DNA from: a virus
Lineage: Duplodnaviria; Heunggongvirae; Uroviricota; Caudoviricetes
Direction: 5' to 3' (one strand)
DNA: 64,000 bases
Virus record (IMG/VR): IMGVR_UViG_3300043313_001192
Span: 25,598-89,597 of that record
Below the pieces are notes generated by a model. The model had not been told where the DNA came from, did not search any database, and was given only the letters and a program-made list of their open reading frames with translations. This document shows, one piece after another, positions 62,401 to 64,000 of the stretch (within the stretch, counting starts at the first letter, position 1; the number at the start of each line of letters is the position of its first letter). Position numbers and translations under genes: made by a program.

Positions 62401-64000
62401 GCCCAGCAGCAAAGCTCTGGGACTCGTTGGACAGCAGCACCGTGTACGCGTCAGCACCCGCCGGGCCAGTTGCTCCGGTGCCACCAGTGGAACCGGTCGC
62501 GCCATCAGAGACCTTCGCCACGGTCAACGTGTCCATGGCACCTGAGGCAGTGATCGCCCTGACCGCGATGGTCTTCGCGGCCATGGTCGCGCCAGTGATG
62601 GTGACCGTGTTGACCGATCGGACCACACCAGGAGGAGCTGTCGTGACCCAGGCGGCACCGTCCACGCTGTAGGCCCAGCCAGCTGTGGAGTCAGGGATCG
62701 TCGTGTTCGTAGGCGTGCCCGTGATCACAGCAGTCGCGGGAGTGGTGGCCCCACCGGCCGCTGGTACCGCGAGCACCTGTGTCGTGGCGGTCAGGTCGAC
62801 CATCGTCGCGGGAGTACCAGGGATGCCTTGCGGTCCTTGGATGAGCGACCACTCGTAGTCAGTGGTCACTGAACTCTCAGCGGGCGTGGTCTTGTTGTAC
62901 GCGATACCCATGTAGGTCTTGCCAGCGGGCAAGTCGTTCAGCCCAGCACCGAGCACGCTGTCGGCGTACTTGATCCAGGTGTACGTCGGCTGGCCGTTCG
63001 CACCAGCTGGACCCTGGATACCCGTGTTGCCCTGGGGGCCTTGGATCAGCGACCACTCGTAGTCGGTGTAGACCGAGGACTCAGTCTGGGTCAGCTTGTT
63101 GTAGGCGATGCCCATGTAGACCTTGCCCGCAGGAAGGTCGTTCATGCCAGTGGTCGGGGTGTCCGCGTACTTGACCCAGGTGTAGGTGGGCACCCCGTTG
63201 GCGCCGGTAGGACCTTGGATGCCCTGGGAGCCTTGTGGTCCTTGCGCACCCTGAGGACCCTGGATCAGCGACCACTCATAGTCGGTGGTGATGATCGACT
63301 CAGTCGCAGTCGTCTTGTTGTAGGCGATGCCGATGTAGGTCTTGCCCGTGGGGTCGTCACTGATCCCTGCTCCAAGCACGCTCGTGGCGTACTTGATCCA
63401 GGTGTAGGTGGGCTGTCCGTTGGCTCCCGTGGGTCCCTGGACACCCTGGTTGCCTTGAGGTCCCTGGATCAGAGACCAGTCATAGTCGGTGTAGAGACTC
63501 GACTCGACGGCGCTCGCCTTGTTGTACGCCAGACCCATGTAGACCTTGCCCGCAGGCAGATCGTTCATCCCGGTCGTGGGAGTGTCGGCATACTTCAACC
63601 ACGTGTAGGTGGGCTGACCGTTGGGACCAATCGGTCCTTGGATGCCCTGTGATCCAGTGGCACCAGCAAGGCTGAGTGACCACACGAAGGTCTTGGTGAA
63701 GGACTTGCCATCCACTGTCAGCGGGACCGTCAGGGTGCCGTTGACCGTGGTCAGTGCGGTGGTGACCGTGACCGTGAAGCCTGCGGTGCTCGTCCCGTTG
63801 TTGGTCAGTGCAGTCGTCAGCCCAGAGACTTGGCCGGTGATCGCACCGATGGTGGCCGGGATCTGCACGCCGCCCTTGTACGCGACGATCTGACTGGTGA
63901 CGCTGGTGGCGATGGCAGCCGTCGTCGTGCCTGCGAAGGTCTGCGCCTCGTTGGTCAGCAGCACCGTGTAGGCATCTGCACCGGCGGGGCCAGTGGGGCC
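53402..64000 (-). CDS. giant modular tail / host-specificity protein (>3,500 aa, 5'-partial)
   Basis: Single open frame; seven YTWxKYA..GIAYNK..DYEWS repeats, collagen-like linkers, four ADAYTxxLxNE modules, three CBM-like + GDLWVDT modules. Confidence 0.9.
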   Translation of the reverse strand, partial: GPTGPAGADAYTVLLTNEAQTFAGTTTAAIATSVTSQIVAYKGGVQIPATIGAITGQVSGLTTALTNNGTSTAGFTVTVTTALTTVNGTLTVPLTVDGKSFTKTFVWSLSLAGATGSQGIQGPIGPNGQPTYTWLKYADTPTTGMNDLPAGKVYMGLAYNKASAVESSLYTDYDWSLIQGPQGNQGVQGPTGANGQPTYTWIKYATSVLGAGISDDPTGKTYIGIAYNKTTATESIITTDYEWSLIQGPQGAQGPQGSQGIQGPTGANGVPTYTWVKYADTPTTGMNDLPAGKVYMGIAYNKLTQTESSVYTDYEWSLIQGPQGNTGIQGPAGANGQPTYTWIKYADSVLGAGLNDLPAGKTYMGIAYNKTTPAESSVTTDYEWSLIQGPQGIPGTPATMVDLTATTQVLAVPAAGGATTPATAVITGTPTNTTIPDSTAGWAYSVDGAAWVTTAPPGVVRSVNTVTITGATMAAKTIAVRAITASGAMDTLTVAKVSDGATGSTGGTGATGPAGADAYTVLLSNESQSFAAGLTNALATTATTTVIAYKGTTAQTATVGTITGGATGITAAVTNNGTTAPLITFTVTTALATATGTFTIPVTVGGITFNQVFTWALAFTGATGNTGATGAAASTVDLVATTQALASPAPTILDSFTRADSATSLGTTETGGQAWRNDNSAVWGVSGGKAYLATAGATGGHSYADVECGSSDINISYVISGAGIGGGLSFRRNLTNLNGYLLVANANGTVQFYRVAGPAGAETYTSLVTSTATVVSGDKISVTAAGSTLQAKINDVVVLTTTDATHTGTRHGFYGYGVNSVRWDNFTFASLVTTPATSTITGSATNTTISGWTYSVDGGVFSGTAPAGVSLAGNVATITGATMTARTIAVRATGVSGVTDTMTVAKVLDGATGGTGPTGGTGSTGPAGADAYTILLTNEAQVFPGSTTAALAGSTTSQVIAYKGTVQQSATIGTITGQVTGLSTALTNNGTATAGFTVTVTTALVTTSGTLTVPITVGGITFTKTFAWSVSYTGSQGVQGPIGPNGQQLYTWVKYADTPTTGMSDLPAGKPYLGIAYNKTTATESSIYTDYEWSSTQGPQGNQGVQGPIGPNGQATYTWIKYATSVLGAGINDSPVGMTYMGIAYNKTTPTESVITTDYEWSLIQGPQGVPGANAATITLTSTSQALTSPAAGGATTPATAVVTGTPVNTTITVWDYSVNGAAFSTSLPAGVSIAGNVVTITGSTMTASTIAVRMSNGAGVADTLTVAKVLNGATGGTGGTGPQGPAGADAYTVILTNEAQVFPGTETAAVAGSTTAQVIAYKAATLFPATIGTITGQVTGLTTAITNNATTTATVTVTVTTALVATSGELTIPVTVDGVAFTKKFAWTVSRTGATGSTGGTGAPGVSITAVTPYYAQVTTGSAAPAVPVVATPLAPWAITEPTYLVNMELYTTNKITYSNATFAYTAVAKSSSYAAATAAQSTASSALAAAGTAQSTADGKVRSFFQTSAPTGMLAGDDGDLWFDTDDGNKLYRWTGSAWVVNQDQALAATMQSYVQSRGLNLVTNGTGMLGNNTNFSITTYSKSDAPTGAVGSFQFPAGATQRTMDELIPVDPNQIYEFAYDYRQVSGTAKFYSYLSPYDAYGLAIGPNHYMAQPNTLTTLAVALNPGATTVTLTSAANWSNAVGSSTHLRAFIFWNYVDPGGKAWPANTYSRNHYGYDSYADGAISGNVITLRVPWAGPAIPAGTQVSNASSGGSFMYIGAALADGPTTWTRFSGRTVKGALPGGGPSSATTQFPMATATVQIGFLTNYAPSTGTPMQAVANISLNEITAGADASALASTKIVTFYQTSAPVALSVGDLWVDTGNGNRLSRATAVGASNWVLVQDSASAMSAATAASLQDSQTTNPMFDDWPTAQALPTGYSGASGTVVKETTLTRTNPYAVRWNLTAGGSGYFASTGSWSGLPNLDYVTVTIDFMLVSGDLTGAGHLVRWVNTVAAYGEANILLATAVPSPALNKWYRVTRTIKRPATFTGTFSYMEGYVMGGYGGFGTVTAKNIIFDQFSARAATDQEIQAYNAASQGTVDTLQTQVNGKITTFYSATAPTATAIGDLWVDTANGNRLSRASASGTGGWVGVQDSAIAAAQSTANAAILMDNWSNNPLFDNWPAAAALPNGYVAYGGSGVRETTTTLTAPNAIRFNVTAGGQSGVYGASGSTGTGLMGEQSNTDYVMCTMDFCLVSGTIAGAGLLLDWLGLTPNRTTLNLAVAVPAPTLGKWYRVSQVMRRPVGATGTFTNYVTYLMGNYSGIGDGTKNIVFDQLSFRAATDQEIQAYNAAPQSTVTTLQTQVNTKVSTFYAAFAATPTATAVGDLWVVTDQSNRLRRASALGTGSWVDVVLGDDAVRVTVGGTNLFTKSRTFQDSNVRYAWMGAGQTTSTVSSVPGPYNTPGTSTPINETVIRLYAPAATNRIYRAFEVKQIGWHTVSFWYKSATGTNYGFAVDINDQDVTAFTATSAWQKGYVRSRVTSVNATYCFVDFDLTGAAGDIYIFQPQLELGQNATFYSPSPEEVAADTAAAQAKADAGYTAATLDALAPASSPTPVVTGSISSLGIKWPAILNHDTVTYEVHCSTAGATFTPDSTTKQIETTSSSYTIREQLANGDFLVKDNSFIYYVRIIAKDGKIGGGFNLAAPGTAGSAVLRQVVDADINDGYIYTNVVDALQITGAKIDADLAILGKLKTAESGQRMELSSDGLKQYGPDGVSVRVDLPNDPQKTPLIDAVLIARGLTVSQGMEVRGQSTFAMGSKTILQTQTVGATSGPSLGTDYPSSTFARGQWCDPFYGLHLDSAESSGSFRTANTFFDNGVLRKADTIWRPPRVTNSDGATNSQYTFEQSTAIVVGGLERQVTRALFRDPGYVAARDEKMMLTSWDDSAMLTDGTRAPIKKAERQDGTFSWFWQWPIGRCFSATGATRAHMVCQAKRNMWLAWPQGDITLSTLAFTDTTITPSANKVIASSFFAQDETLIGVTYGSSQRMGFEAVDRDIWVLHGTVNNYVFNDAASPVRLPDLEFPAVPATRSVGACGDLATGAFTRFTVAPATDGPQLYNYTPITWASTDSPIWWGTFTWYDSAGTIQESNASVYSSITMKKRSRLTVTVPGLPDPAAGRGTTRTVDDVNSFRFFLTRMATTPVRTDFIRQNQQPADLATVLSVDTPIFTGGSGPPPLNTSFVAQAPASIESNAIGTGSLPKIKLTGDGYAHLEALDVGGSGATSLSGKAFEQLYYSIRSQSQIIGGGAQIMDTGYNIKWTARFVLISMGRGLNFTTDGNFDITMPPLGTAIANFGGALPRSVVAAGIHMDNWDALWYEIPYGGPVTSIPANFRVTNYTSDFSVPNNWILVAVKNGDSGAVRFVTGNIVVAGSAGGEESRSTLVNPATGWSVSSQAWRRAGRQVSGNLNFVRTGAAVAGSSVNGNTTDTLCGTMSDTTWAPILNTPFPAVSAAGLCQIYCNTNGSFYLTSAMGGVAQNANLGCGSTYST

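Noticed and set aside
1-64000. tRNA/rRNA genes, integrase, transposase, reverse transcriptase (DGR/retron), terminase large subunit, capsid
   Set aside because: No recognisable signatures by eye in this window; tRNAscan-SE and HMM searches would be needed to exclude them formally

Overview
High-GC tailed-phage DNA, most likely from a large actinobacteriophage. This rests on TANNNT-type promoters, an actinobacterial RpoA-CTD homolog, an Lsr2-like protein, a DUF6131-like gene and an actinophage-type holin. Bases 1-26.8 kb are a rightward early region built from about 20 modular cassettes. Each cassette has a 16-bp box ACTGACGTTTACGCAG, a -10 promoter overlapped by a sequence-variable hairpin, an AACGACGAAGGAC-type start motif, 1-4 small ORFs and a terminator. 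This region also encodes an ArdC-like protein, an AAA+/VWA pair, a WGR protein, a sigma-70-like factor and a stand-alone RNA polymerase alpha-CTD protein. Bases 27-64 kb are mostly leftward and include HNH and DUF559 nucleases, a TerS-like gene, two primase-type genes (one fused to an SF3 helicase), a GT2 glycosyltransferase, tail genes, holin/endolysin and a >3,500-aa tail protein that runs off the window. The standout feature is at 41.9-46.6 kb. A Cas7/RAMP-like gene is followed by a ~3.5-kb non-coding array of GGY-NN pentamers, punctuated by GGCAGGC into roughly 65 different ~40-65-nt units, and then by a conserved accessory gene. A second orphan GGY-NN array lies at 29.2-29.5 kb. This matches my recollection of recently reported VIPR-type (viral RNA-guided, non-contiguous-code) systems, which I could not verify here. 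All protein assignments come from motif recognition by eye, with no database searches, and counts are manual.
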